A model generated the notes under the pieces. The model searched no databases, was not told the DNA's origin, and saw only the letters and a list, made by a program, of their open reading frames with translations. Position numbers and translations under genes: made by a program. A DNA stretch of 64,000 nt from Candidatus Sysuiplasmataceae archaeon (GTDB lineage: Archaea > Thermoplasmatota > Thermoplasmata > Sysuiplasmatales > Sysuiplasmataceae): contig JBJKPR010000053.1 in the NCBI GenBank assembly GCA_046706185.1, positions 7,950 through 71,949 of the forward strand. The letters are read 5' to 3'. Below, piece after piece: positions 20,034-29,201 of the stretch (positions are counted from its first letter, which is position 1; every line of letters begins with the position of its first letter).

Positions 20034-21392
20034 TCAGTTTTCCCACGGGAACCTGTAGAAGAGCAGCCTTGTCAGCAGCTCCCTGTTTCCCGGAACAATG
20101 ACGCCCTCGCCGGTGGTTATCTGAATGCTCTCCTTCACCCTGTCGACGTCGGCTCCAAGGCTCAGCGTACCGACGCTGTCCCTCAAAACCGCATCAGGCT
20201 CAACGAATGGCTTCTTCTCTTCAGAATACAGAGTACCGTCTATAAGTGAGACATGGCCCCCTGCCTTCCTGTGCTTCTCTATGAAGGTGGATGAGTTTTC
20301 CGACCAGCCCGCCGGCCCCTCCCTGAGCCACTGGCCCGGATGGTGATTGTGCCTGAACTCGAAGAGTATCTTCACCCCGTCCTCCACAGAGAAGGCGCTC
20401 CTGTTGATATCGAACTCATGTCTCTGAAGAAGCGCACTGATGTTTTTTCTCGCCTTCTGGAGCTGCGGATAAAGGTTGTCGTCCACAACGTCGGGCTTAT
20501 CCATGCTCAGCAGAAGCAGACCATGACCCGACTGGTTGACTGCCTTCCTTATGGATGCAATTGTCGCTGGCTTCGAAACTGCAGGGAAGAAGAAGCGGAT
20601 GTCGGGTTTCCTCAGATACCTCCTGCATGCAATAACGGCAAGTGAGAAGGCGTCAGGCCCCAGCGCAGCCGCGACGTTCCTGTCTGGATCGACAGGGTCG
20701 GGAATAGTGAGATACGCCTCCGAGGACCCGAGCCTCTCTCCAAAGCTTGTTCCAGGGACGAGGAGCGATTCGCCCCTCTTCCATCTGGAGACTGCATCAA
20801 CGGCGGATATGAAGGTGCCGTATGCCATGACAAGAAGTTCCGTCAGGTATCCTGAAAAACCGTTGACCTTTGCCTCTGCCCCGTACACGCCTATTCCCTT
20901 GAAGAATCGCTTCAGGAGACGCACCTCATCCCTCTGGAATGGGAGAATCTTGCTGTTGACGTAGTCCGACTGGAAAGGCGTCCTGTCCACTGCAGACATC
21001 TTCATGGCCGGATCCTTTATTGCATAGCAGGGCACTAGATCCACGTTCACGCCTCCGATGCTGCCCCTGATGTACGGGTGCTCGGCGTACTTCACCAGTG
21101 GTCGTTCAAGGACCTTTTTTCCTATTTCAAGCCCCACTCTCTCAAGCGTTGCTCTGCTAGCGCTCACCGGGAACGCCATGAAGACATCTACGTCTGCCTC
21201 CTTCAGGTATGTTCCTTTTGCCACGGAGCCGACGACGAGCGGCACAATGCTGCCGCCTGCCGATTCGGAGTGGGATGAGACCTCCTGGCTGACGCGCCTG
21301 ACAACCTCGGAGGCAGCCCTTTCGATACGCCCGGCCTCCTGGGCAGTCGGCCTGATCCTGCCCAGCACCTTCTTCTCCAGCTCTTTCTCCAT
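20034..21392 (-). CDS. cca: archaeal class I CCA-adding tRNA nucleotidyltransferase
   Basis: Start placed at internal ATG (MEKELEKK), as the 30 codons upstream look non-coding. GSVAKGTYLKEADVDVFM nucleotidyltransferase motif. Confidence 0.85.
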   Translation of the reverse strand: MEKELEKKVLGRIRPTAQEAGRIERAASEVVRRVSQEVSSHSESAGGSIVPLVVGSVAKGTYLKEADVDVFMAFPVSASRATLERVGLEIGKKVLERPLVKYAEHPYIRGSIGGVNVDLVPCYAIKDPAMKMSAVDRTPFQSDYVNSKILPFQRDEVRLLKRFFKGIGVYGAEAKVNGFSGYLTELLVMAYGTFISAVDAVSRWKRGESLLVPGTSFGERLGSSEAYLTIPDPVDPDRNVAAALGPDAFSLAVIACRRYLRKPDIRFFFPAVSKPATIASIRKAVNQSGHGLLLLSMDKPDVVDDNLYPQLQKARKNISALLQRHEFDINRSAFSVEDGVKILFEFRHNHHPGQWLREGPAGWSENSSTFIEKHRKAGGHVSLIDGTLYSEEKKPFVEPDAVLRDSVGTLSLGADVDRVKESIQITTGEGVIVPGNRELLTRLLFYRFPWEN

Positions 21393-21783
21393 CCTGAAGG
21401 AAATCAAGGAGGTTACCAATAAACATTCCATCCCGACAGGTCTCGCTCCATGGCAAAATTGAACATTACATGTAAGTGCCAAAGACCAAAGCCGATGTGG
21501 TGGGGATAAAACAGTTTGCTTAGGAGGAAAGTTGAGCCATCAGCCTCGGATCCTTGGCACCAATGAAGATCATTACATGTGTTGTATAAGTAAATTCGTA
21601 TTTCTGAATTCAGCAAACAGGTCATGTCGACGCTGTATTCTGAACCGTTATTTCCTGGACGACGGAATCGGAAAACTGGACCGCGTGGAGACGCGCAACC
21701 GGGCGAATTTCAGCGGCAATCCTGTGATATTACTTATAATGCTAGAAAAATGGAGGGGATGGAAGCTGTCATGGTGAACGACG

Positions 21784-23493
21784 ATGAGGAGGCTTGCGGC
21801 AGCAGCGCTTTTTTTGTTTTCCGTGGCAGCGATAGCGCTGTCTGGATACCTGAGTACGACTGAGGGTATAGTTTCAGCCTATGCGATACCCTACGATGCC
21901 TTCAGGAGCATCCTGAGGATGGGCGCCGCCTACCTGCTTTCAATACTCTTTTCGATCATCTACGGTTACTCCATGTATGCTAACAGGACGACGGAGAGGA
22001 TACTCCAGCCGCTCCTGGACATACTACAGTCCGTCCCGATACTCGGTTTCTTCCCGTTTGCAATACTTCTTTTCGTGGCACTGTCTCCTGTCAGGGCTTT
22101 CGGCTGGGAAATCGCTTCCGTATTCCTGATATTCACGAGCATGGCATGGAACATGACATTTGGCGTGTACGACTCACTCAGGGAAATGCCTACAGAGCTT
22201 GTTGATGCCGCAGGCGTGTTCGGCCTGTCCGGATGGAAGAGGTTCAGGGGGCTGCTGTTCCCATCCATGGTGCCCAAGCTTGTTTACAACAGCATGCTTT
22301 CGTGGGCGGGGGGCTGGTATTTTCTCATTCCCGCCGAGTACATAATCACCGCCCAGGGCGGCGGTACGATTCTACCTGGAATTGGTTCTCTGTTGTATTT
22401 TGCCGCAAGTCTGGGAAACGTCGGTCTTCTCCTTGAGGGATTTTTCTTCCTTGTGGGGATCATAATACTCATGGACATCCTCATCTGGAGGCCACTCTCC
22501 TCATGGGCTGAGAAGTTCAGGTACGAATTCACGCTTGAGGAGGGACGCCAGCTGCCCAGGAGCAGATATGTCTTCCCAATCAGGAACTACTTCGAATGGC
22601 TGCCCACCATGCCGAGGACGAGGAAAACAGTCTCGGGGTACTATGAGTTTGTGGGCAGGAGGCTTAACAGAGTGGGCCATTCGGTTGGTGAATTCATAAG
22701 GAGGACCTCTGTTTACTGGAAAGCAGCCGGAGTGGGTGTGGGCATAGCACTTGCAGCTCTTCTCGTAATAGGGGTTGTTGAAGCATCCTTTTCAATATAC
22801 ACGCTGTTTTCAACTTCTGGAAGGGTCTATGCTCCGGTGCTTCCTGTTGCACTGGGTCTTTCTCTCCTGAGGCTCATCTCGGCCTACCTGATCTCTGTCG
22901 GAATTGCACTTCCTCTTGCCGTCCTCGCCACCGGCACGGGAAGGATAAACAGGCTTGTGATGCCTGCGGCGGAGGTGGTTGCCTCCGTTCCCGCCACTGC
23001 AATATTCCCGCTGCTCGTTGTAGCCCTCATAGGGGTCACGCACGGTCTCAACATTCCCTCCATACTTCTGCTCGTTACGGGTATGGTGTGGTACCTGTTC
23101 TTCAACATAGTGGCCGGCCTCAGGGCAGTGCCCTCGGAGCTCAAAGACGCCGCACACAACTACGGTTTGAAGGGATGGCTTTACGTCAGGCGCGTCATGC
23201 TTCCGGCGATATTCCCGTCTCTGATGACAGGCAGCATCACAGCCTTCGGGGGAGGTTGGAATGCGCTAATAGTCTCGGAGTATGTTCCTTCCCTGACAGG
23301 GGGAAAGCCTTATTACGTCCTTGGCCTAGGCTACCTGATAGACAAGGCGTCATACGCTCGGCCGGAGGAGATCGGTCTGCTGGTCCTGTCCCTTGTCACG
23401 ATGGTTGTCGCAGTGGTGGCAATAAACAGGCTCTTCTGGAGAAGAATGCAGACGCTTGCCGAAAGGAAGTACAAGCTTGAAGGGGTGAATTGA
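21784..23493 (+). CDS. ABC transporter permease, fused double TMD (NitT/TauT nitrate/sulfonate/bicarbonate-type)
   Basis: 569 aa. Two repeats of the binding-protein-dependent inner-membrane-component fold. EAA-like loops (DAAGVFGLSGWKRF; DAAHNYGLKGW). Confidence 0.8.
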   Translation: MRRLAAAALFLFSVAAIALSGYLSTTEGIVSAYAIPYDAFRSILRMGAAYLLSILFSIIYGYSMYANRTTERILQPLLDILQSVPILGFFPFAILLFVALSPVRAFGWEIASVFLIFTSMAWNMTFGVYDSLREMPTELVDAAGVFGLSGWKRFRGLLFPSMVPKLVYNSMLSWAGGWYFLIPAEYIITAQGGGTILPGIGSLLYFAASLGNVGLLLEGFFFLVGIIILMDILIWRPLSSWAEKFRYEFTLEEGRQLPRSRYVFPIRNYFEWLPTMPRTRKTVSGYYEFVGRRLNRVGHSVGEFIRRTSVYWKAAGVGVGIALAALLVIGVVEASFSIYTLFSTSGRVYAPVLPVALGLSLLRLISAYLISVGIALPLAVLATGTGRINRLVMPAAEVVASVPATAIFPLLVVALIGVTHGLNIPSILLLVTGMVWYLFFNIVAGLRAVPSELKDAAHNYGLKGWLYVRRVMLPAIFPSLMTGSITAFGGGWNALIVSEYVPSLTGGKPYYVLGLGYLIDKASYARPEEIGLLVLSLVTMVVAVVAINRLFWRRMQTLAERKYKLEGVN

Positions 23494-23514
23494 GAATGAA
23501 CGGGCTGTCCTCAG

Positions 23515-24309
23515 TTGTGCATGCGTCCTGCACGGGCTACAACGGAACGGGGGTCAGGTGAAGTGCCGCTGCTGAATGTAAGAGGACTGTCCAAGGTTCT
23601 GAAGGTGAACGGCAGCCCTTTTCCTATTCTGGAGGATATTTCGTTCAATGTGAACGATAACGAGTTCGTTTGCATTGTGGGTCCTTCTGGATCCGGCAAG
23701 AGCACGCTCCTGCGCATGGTCGCTGGCCTTGAGAAGCCCACTTCGGGGAAGGTATCCTTTACAGGCAGGACCGGGGGCCAAGGCGTGGTCGTTTCGATGG
23801 TCTTCCAGTCCTTCGCACTCTTCCCGTGGCTGACAGTTATTGAGAATGTATGCGTCGGCCTGGAGGCGAAGAACGTTCCGAAGGACAAGAGGCTGAAGAG
23901 CGCTGAGAAGTACATTGACATAGTAGGGCTCAACGGCTTTGAAGACGCTTATCCAAAGGAGCTTTCAGGCGGCATGAAGCAGAGGGTGGGCATAGCGAGG
24001 AGCCTCGCCGTCGGGCCCGACCTACTCTGCATGGATGAACCCTTCTCCGCCCTTGATGTGCTCACCGCACAGGGCCTGCGTGACGAGCTGCTGACCCTCT
24101 GGCACCATGACGAATTCCCCCCATCCGCAGTCCTGATGGTCACTCACAACCTGGAGGAGGCTGTCTACATGGCGGACAGGGTGCTTATAATAAGCCAGAG
24201 ACCTGGACGGATGGTCAGCGACATGGCAATAGAACTGCCCAGGCCGAGAGACAGGAAGACACCTGAATTCCTTGACTGGGTAGACCAGGTATTCTCAAAG
24301 ATCGTGTGA
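23515..24309 (+). CDS. ABC transporter ATP-binding protein (NitT/TauT-type)
   Basis: Walker A GPSGSGKST, signature LSGGMKQRV, Walker B LLCMDEPFSALD. True start may be the in-frame GTG at 23563. Confidence 0.85.
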   Translation: MCMRPARATTERGSGEVPLLNVRGLSKVLKVNGSPFPILEDISFNVNDNEFVCIVGPSGSGKSTLLRMVAGLEKPTSGKVSFTGRTGGQGVVVSMVFQSFALFPWLTVIENVCVGLEAKNVPKDKRLKSAEKYIDIVGLNGFEDAYPKELSGGMKQRVGIARSLAVGPDLLCMDEPFSALDVLTAQGLRDELLTLWHHDEFPPSAVLMVTHNLEEAVYMADRVLIISQRPGRMVSDMAIELPRPRDRKTPEFLDWVDQVFSKIV

Positions 24310-24325
24310 TAAGCCTGCCACGAAA

Positions 24326-25444
24326 TCAGGCGGCTGACACCTCAACAGAGAAGATAGGTGGCAGGCCGTCATTTATGCATGACCATGTTTCGCCCCTGTT
24401 CCTGCTGTGGTACAGCTGCCCTGTCGTTGTTCCAAAGTAGACGCCGCCAGGATCTTCCCTGTCCGTCTTCAATCCCTCCCTGAGCACGTCGTAGTAGGAC
24501 ACCTTCGGTATGCCCCTGTTCAGGTTGAACCATTCCTTGCCGTCGTTGTCTGATGCCCATATGCTGAAGCGCCCGTCCTTCGGAATTCGCGAGAAGTCAC
24601 CCTCGAGGGGCGCGACATATATCCTTTCCTTCGCGGCAGAATCGATTGCAATCGGGAAACCGAACCTTGACGGCAGGTTGTTTGTTATGTTCGTCCAGCT
24701 CTTCCCGTTGTCCCTGCTCCTGAATACGCCGCAGTGGTTCTGCTGAAAAAGGAGGTTTGACCTGCTCCCGCTCCTGACGATCTTGTGTACGCACTGCCCG
24801 AACTCCGGATATTTGACTGCATCGGGGAAGAAGTCAGCCAGGACATTCTTGTTCTGGAACTCCCAACTGCCCCCGTCGTCGGACGTGAACAGTGTTCCCA
24901 CCGCCGATATTCCTGCATGAAGGCGCTTCGTGTCCCTCCTGTCTGTGAGTATCGTATGCAGGCACATCCCTCCGCCTCCAGGCTGCCATTCATTCCTTGT
25001 TCTGTGATTGAGCATCGAACCGTCGACCTTCCAGCTCAGACCTCCATCATCGCTCCGGAAAAGACAGGCCGGCTCCGCCCCGAGATAAACCCTGGAGGGC
25101 TGATCTTCGGTGCCCGGCTCGATGTGCCATATCCTTGCAACCGAGAGACCGGAGCCCTCCGGGAACATGGGCGGGCTCCCGCTGTACTCCCAGCTTCTGC
25201 CCATGTCTCTGCTCAATGCGACACTCGGTCCCCACTGGTCGCTGTTGACCGAAGCCAGCAGCGTGCCGTTCCTGCGGTCATATGTGAAATGATAGACCTG
25301 CTTGCCGCGGAAGTAGGGGCCGTACCCCCTCCACGTCCTTCTTCCATCTCTGGAGCGGAACAGAAAGGCGCCTTTCTTCGACCCAACCATCAGTAGAATT
25401 TCCCCGCCTGAAGCGCGGTCAGACCTGTACTTGGGCACTGTCAA
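24326..25444 (-). CDS. BNR/Asp-box repeat beta-propeller protein (sialidase/Ycf48-like fold), no signal peptide
   Basis: 372 aa. Repeated SxDxGxxW boxes: SRDMGRSW, SDDGGLSW, SDDGGSWE, SRDNGKSW, SRNRGETW. Confidence 0.7.
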   Translation of the reverse strand: MTVPKYRSDRASGGEILLMVGSKKGAFLFRSRDGRRTWRGYGPYFRGKQVYHFTYDRRNGTLLASVNSDQWGPSVALSRDMGRSWEYSGSPPMFPEGSGLSVARIWHIEPGTEDQPSRVYLGAEPACLFRSDDGGLSWKVDGSMLNHRTRNEWQPGGGGMCLHTILTDRRDTKRLHAGISAVGTLFTSDDGGSWEFQNKNVLADFFPDAVKYPEFGQCVHKIVRSGSRSNLLFQQNHCGVFRSRDNGKSWTNITNNLPSRFGFPIAIDSAAKERIYVAPLEGDFSRIPKDGRFSIWASDNDGKEWFNLNRGIPKVSYYDVLREGLKTDREDPGGVYFGTTTGQLYHSRNRGETWSCINDGLPPIFSVEVSAA

Positions 25445-25794
25445 CCACCTGCAACGGACGGCAGTATGACCACTTCCTTCACTCCTGAAAGACTGGTATG
25501 TACCCCGTTCAATTCCCTTATATCCATGCTATCTGCGAATATGTTCACATACCTGCGGACGTTCCCCTGGTCATCAAGAAGCCTGAAAGAGATGCCCGGA
25601 AACTGGCTGTCCAGCATCCCGATCAGCGCCCTGACGCTGTCTACACCATCCATCTCAATCTCGTTCCTCCCGGCCGTGTATTCCCTGAGATGGGCTGATA
25701 TGACGACCCGTATCCTGCCCTTTTCTCCTGGCCCCGCCTGGTTAGTGCCGGATCCGCCTTCCAAGCCGCCTCCGGACGTGGCATGCGATGACAT
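25441..25794 (-). CDS. MoaD/ThiS-family ubiquitin-like small protein (SAMP-like) ending in Gly-Gly
   Basis: 117 aa. C-terminal ...VVILPSVAGG. A beta-grasp-sized core preceded by a Gly-rich N-terminal extension. Stop overlaps the start of the downstream propeller gene by 4 nt. Confidence 0.7.
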   Translation of the reverse strand: MSSHATSGGGLEGGSGTNQAGPGEKGRIRVVISAHLREYTAGRNEIEMDGVDSVRALIGMLDSQFPGISFRLLDDQGNVRRYVNIFADSMDIRELNGVHTSLSGVKEVVILPSVAGG

Positions 25795-25926
25795 AACTTG
25801 AACTCTGCGAGGAATGTGCGGCCGGTATAATAAATATACTTGGCCGCCTCAGCCTTGGCGTCAGCGCATCAGCAGTGTATAGAATAAGTTTAATATATCA
25901 GACTTTCTTTACATATCTGATGAGCT

Positions 25927-26238
25927 GTGGCTGAGATACGCAGCACGAAGGAGCTACTGAAACTGATGAAGGTGATGGCCAACCCCGTGAGGGTCAGGAT
26001 CATCGCATCTCTCGAAAGGGAGCCAAAACACATTTACGGCCTGGCGAAGGAGCTTGGCCTCTCGTATCCTCTCGTGCATCTCTACCTCGAATCGCTCGAA
26101 AATGCCGGGCTTGTCTCGGGCAGCATGTCTTCGGGCCCCGCGGATGAGAGGGAGAGAAAGACGTACCATGTCGTTCCGTTCGAACTGAAGATTACGCCGG
26201 CTCTGATTAAATCGTTGGAGGAGAGAGTGAATGAGTAG
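25927..26238 (+). CDS. ArsR/SmtB-family winged-helix transcriptional regulator
   Basis: 103 aa. LKVMANPVRVRIIASLEREPKHIYGLAKELGLSYPLVHLYLESLENAGLV is a typical ArsR HTH. Confidence 0.8.
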   Translation: MAEIRSTKELLKLMKVMANPVRVRIIASLEREPKHIYGLAKELGLSYPLVHLYLESLENAGLVSGSMSSGPADERERKTYHVVPFELKITPALIKSLEERVNE

Positions 26239-26560
26239 GAAAACACAGCTTCTGATGCTTGTGCCGTCAGCACTGATTGGCCTTGGTCTCCCCGTCGCTG
26301 TTCTGTTTGCAATAGTGAGCGGTATGGATGCGCTTCTGGGAACGATTGTGATCGTCATCTCCCTGCTTGTGGCGGGCGCGCTTGGAGTTGTGGGCCTGGG
26401 AGTGACTACTGCCCTGCCCGGCACTGGCGGAGGAGAAGATGAAACAGCAAGGACGCTGCGAGCCTCACAGAGGGCGATGATAGAGGAAATGGATGAACTG
26501 GTGGACCTTCTTTCGCAGATAAGGGATACGCTCAGGAGTACGGGGGATGATGGCAATTGA
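26231..26560 (+). CDS. small membrane protein (two TM helices, acidic helical C-tail)
   Basis: 109 aa. Overlaps the arsR 3' end by 8 nt. Confidence 0.5.
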   Translation: MSRKTQLLMLVPSALIGLGLPVAVLFAIVSGMDALLGTIVIVISLLVAGALGVVGLGVTTALPGTGGGEDETARTLRASQRAMIEEMDELVDLLSQIRDTLRSTGDDGN

Positions 26561-26685
26561 GGGCGAAATATTACAGCCTTTCCGACGCGGAGGCGACTGA
26601 ACTGGCGAGAAAGAGGATCGGGCAGATAAAGGAGCTGCTGATAGAAATAAACAGGTTGCTGAGAGAAGCTGGAGGGCGTGACTAG

Positions 26686-27438
26686 ATGACGGAGGGAAAC
26701 AGGTTTGACAAATACTACGCCGGAGACAGTGCAGGAGCGGCTGACGGAAACAGCCCGACGGAGCGGTTCAGTCTGGAGGAGCACTTCGAATCGGAGCAGA
26801 TGACGCTCTCAGGCAGTGCAACTGCACAGTCCGCAAGGGCCAGGCATATAAGAATCTCAGGCTCGGCCCACATAGCAGACGAAGTGGTAGCAGAAACGCT
26901 GCACTGTTCAGGCTCGATACACGCGGGAGGAAACATTTCAGCTTCAACCGTTGATATTTCAGGTTCACTAGAATCGGGAGGAAGCATAAGAAGCCGCAGC
27001 TTCGCCCTTTCCGGCAGCTGCAGGAGTGCCAGGCTCATACGGGCTGAGGATTTCATCTCCTCCTCCGGAAGCATCGCAGCCGTAGAACTTCAGGCAGGTA
27101 ACAGGATAACCGTTTCCGGCTCAGTCAGAGCAGAAAGGCTAAGGGCGGACAGAGTGGAGATAATGGGAGGAGGAAGGGCAGGCGGAATATCTTGCACGGA
27201 TGCTGAGATAAACAGCAGGGGCAAAGGCAGGAGGCTCTTCAGCCTCTTCAGAAAGGCAGACCTGCGCATAGAGAGCATCGAGGCAGGGGGCAGGGTAGAC
27301 ATAGACGAGTGCAGCGTCGGTGAGATAACTGCATCGTCCGTCCATGTCGGGAAGAGCTGCGCTGTTGGAAAGATCAGGTACAGGGACAACTGCAGCGTCG
27401 AGACCGGAGCCGAGGTCGGAGAGACGATCAAACTGTGA
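26686..27438 (+). CDS. beta-helix repeat protein (toastrack DUF4097 / bactofilin DUF583-like)
   Basis: 250 aa. Acidic N-terminus, then more than six short repeats of the type hxhSGSxxhxxxxhxx (IRISGSAHI, LHCSGSIHA, VDISGSLES, FALSGSCRS, FISSSGSIA, ITVSGSVRA). Confidence 0.5.
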   Translation: MTEGNRFDKYYAGDSAGAADGNSPTERFSLEEHFESEQMTLSGSATAQSARARHIRISGSAHIADEVVAETLHCSGSIHAGGNISASTVDISGSLESGGSIRSRSFALSGSCRSARLIRAEDFISSSGSIAAVELQAGNRITVSGSVRAERLRADRVEIMGGGRAGGISCTDAEINSRGKGRRLFSLFRKADLRIESIEAGGRVDIDECSVGEITASSVHVGKSCAVGKIRYRDNCSVETGAEVGETIKL

Positions 27439-27441
27439 AGG

Positions 27442-28407
27442 GTGTGTCTTTTGGAAAGTGATTTCGCGGTAGAAGTGGAGAACCTGAGGTTCAGCTACGG
27501 GGGCGGGCGGTACGCCCTGGACGGCATAAGCTTCAAGATAAGGAAAGGCGAGATTTTCGGTTTCCTGGGCAGGAACGGGGCCGGCAAGACAACCACTATA
27601 AAGGTCCTCACGACCCTCGTCAGGCCCACAGAAGGAAGGGCGACCGTCCTTGGCATGGACGCCAGGCACGGAGGCAAATCACTGAGGAGCAGGATAGGCG
27701 TCGTTATGCAGGAAGAATCCTTTGACTTCACCACGGTCGAAAAGTCTCTGGACATATACGGCGTGATGTGGGGAAGGACAAGGAGGGAGAGGGAGAAGGA
27801 CATCGGGGAGCTGATATCCTTCTTCGAGCTTGAGGATGTCAGGAAGAAGAGGATGTGGGACCTCTCAGGAGGGCAGAAGAGGAGAGTGCAGGTGGCAAGG
27901 GAGTTCATGCACGGGATGGACCTGCTTTTCCTTGACGAGCCTACCGTGGGCCTGGACACAATAGCGAGAAGGAAGATACTCGACATGGTAAGGGAAAAGG
28001 CGAAGGGAGGGCTGACTGTCTTCTTCACGACGCACAATCTCGAGGAGGCAGATTACCTGTGCAACAGGATAGCTATCATAGACAGGGGAAAGGTCCTTGC
28101 CAACGACACAGTCAGCGCCCTGAAGAGGAGCTACACAGGGCTGAAGACAGTGGAGGCTGCTTTCAGCAACGATGGAGTCGAGGTCGAACGAATGCTTGCA
28201 TCATTACCAGACGTGCGTGTCGAAAGACCTGCTGACAGCAGGGAACCTTTCAAGCTCATAGGGCCGGAGCCGGAGGAAACGGTTAGGCGCGTGATAGACC
28301 TGGTGTCAAGGAACGGCCTCCACCTGGAATGGCTGAATATTCACCCTGTTACACTTGAAGAGGTTTTCCTGAAGACTGTCGGGGCGGAAGAAATGACGGG
28401 TGACTGA
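27442..28407 (+). CDS. ABC-2-type exporter ATP-binding protein
   Basis: GTG start. Walker A GRNGAGKTT, signature LSGGQKRRV, Walker B LLFLDEPTVGLD. Confidence 0.85.
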   Translation: MCLLESDFAVEVENLRFSYGGGRYALDGISFKIRKGEIFGFLGRNGAGKTTTIKVLTTLVRPTEGRATVLGMDARHGGKSLRSRIGVVMQEESFDFTTVEKSLDIYGVMWGRTRREREKDIGELISFFELEDVRKKRMWDLSGGQKRRVQVAREFMHGMDLLFLDEPTVGLDTIARRKILDMVREKAKGGLTVFFTTHNLEEADYLCNRIAIIDRGKVLANDTVSALKRSYTGLKTVEAAFSNDGVEVERMLASLPDVRVERPADSREPFKLIGPEPEETVRRVIDLVSRNGLHLEWLNIHPVTLEEVFLKTVGAEEMTGD

Positions 28408-29184
28408 ATGGACCTTGTGAATTCATACAGGCTGGCAAAAAGGAACATACTTGTGAACACGGACCCCGGAACAATGGTTTTCCTTCTCATGATGCCCACA
28501 CTCTACCTTGTGTTCATGGGATACATGTTCGGATCGCTCATCAGCGGCATATCTGTCGGAGCGTCCAGGATAGACTACATGGATTTTCTCTCCCCGGGCA
28601 TTATCTCGTTCCAGACGCTGACCGCAGGCGCGGTCGCAGGCGGAATGCTCTGGTCAGACAGGAGGTACGGAATGTTTGAGCAGATTCTCTCCGGCCCCTA
28701 TACGAGGGCCGAGTACCTGTTGGGCATTATGCTCACCACGATAGCGCTCGCAATCTTCGGCGCCTTCATAATGCTGATCATCTCGTTCTTTCTCACGGGC
28801 GGGATCGGATTTGGAGCTGCCGGGCTGGCTGTGATAGTGCTGAACCTTGTGATAGGGAGCCTCTTCTGGGGTGCTTTCCTGCTTGCGCTGGCAGCAGTAT
28901 CGAAGTCGAACCAGATGTACAACAGCATACAGGTGATCATACTCTTCTTCGCAGGCTTCGCGAGCACCGTGTTCTATCCGATCTCCCCGTCGGCGCCGCA
29001 GGCCCTTCGATACACAGTTTCGCTCAACCCGCTGACATACATAGCTGATGCGGTCAGGGACGGCTACGTCTCGCTCTTCGGGCCGTCGCTCCTGGAGGAC
29101 GAAATAATACTTGTAGTTGCAACTGTCTTGATGTTCGTGATCGCGCTCCTTTCATACAGGACAATCAGGATCGGGGTCAAATGA
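28408..29184 (+). CDS. ABC-2-type transporter permease
   Basis: 258 aa, six predicted TM helices. TGAATG junction with the ATPase gene. Confidence 0.8.
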   Translation: MDLVNSYRLAKRNILVNTDPGTMVFLLMMPTLYLVFMGYMFGSLISGISVGASRIDYMDFLSPGIISFQTLTAGAVAGGMLWSDRRYGMFEQILSGPYTRAEYLLGIMLTTIALAIFGAFIMLIISFFLTGGIGFGAAGLAVIVLNLVIGSLFWGAFLLALAAVSKSNQMYNSIQVIILFFAGFASTVFYPISPSAPQALRYTVSLNPLTYIADAVRDGYVSLFGPSLLEDEIILVVATVLMFVIALLSYRTIRIGVK

Positions 29185-29201
29185 AAGAGCCGTCCCGTCG
29201 G

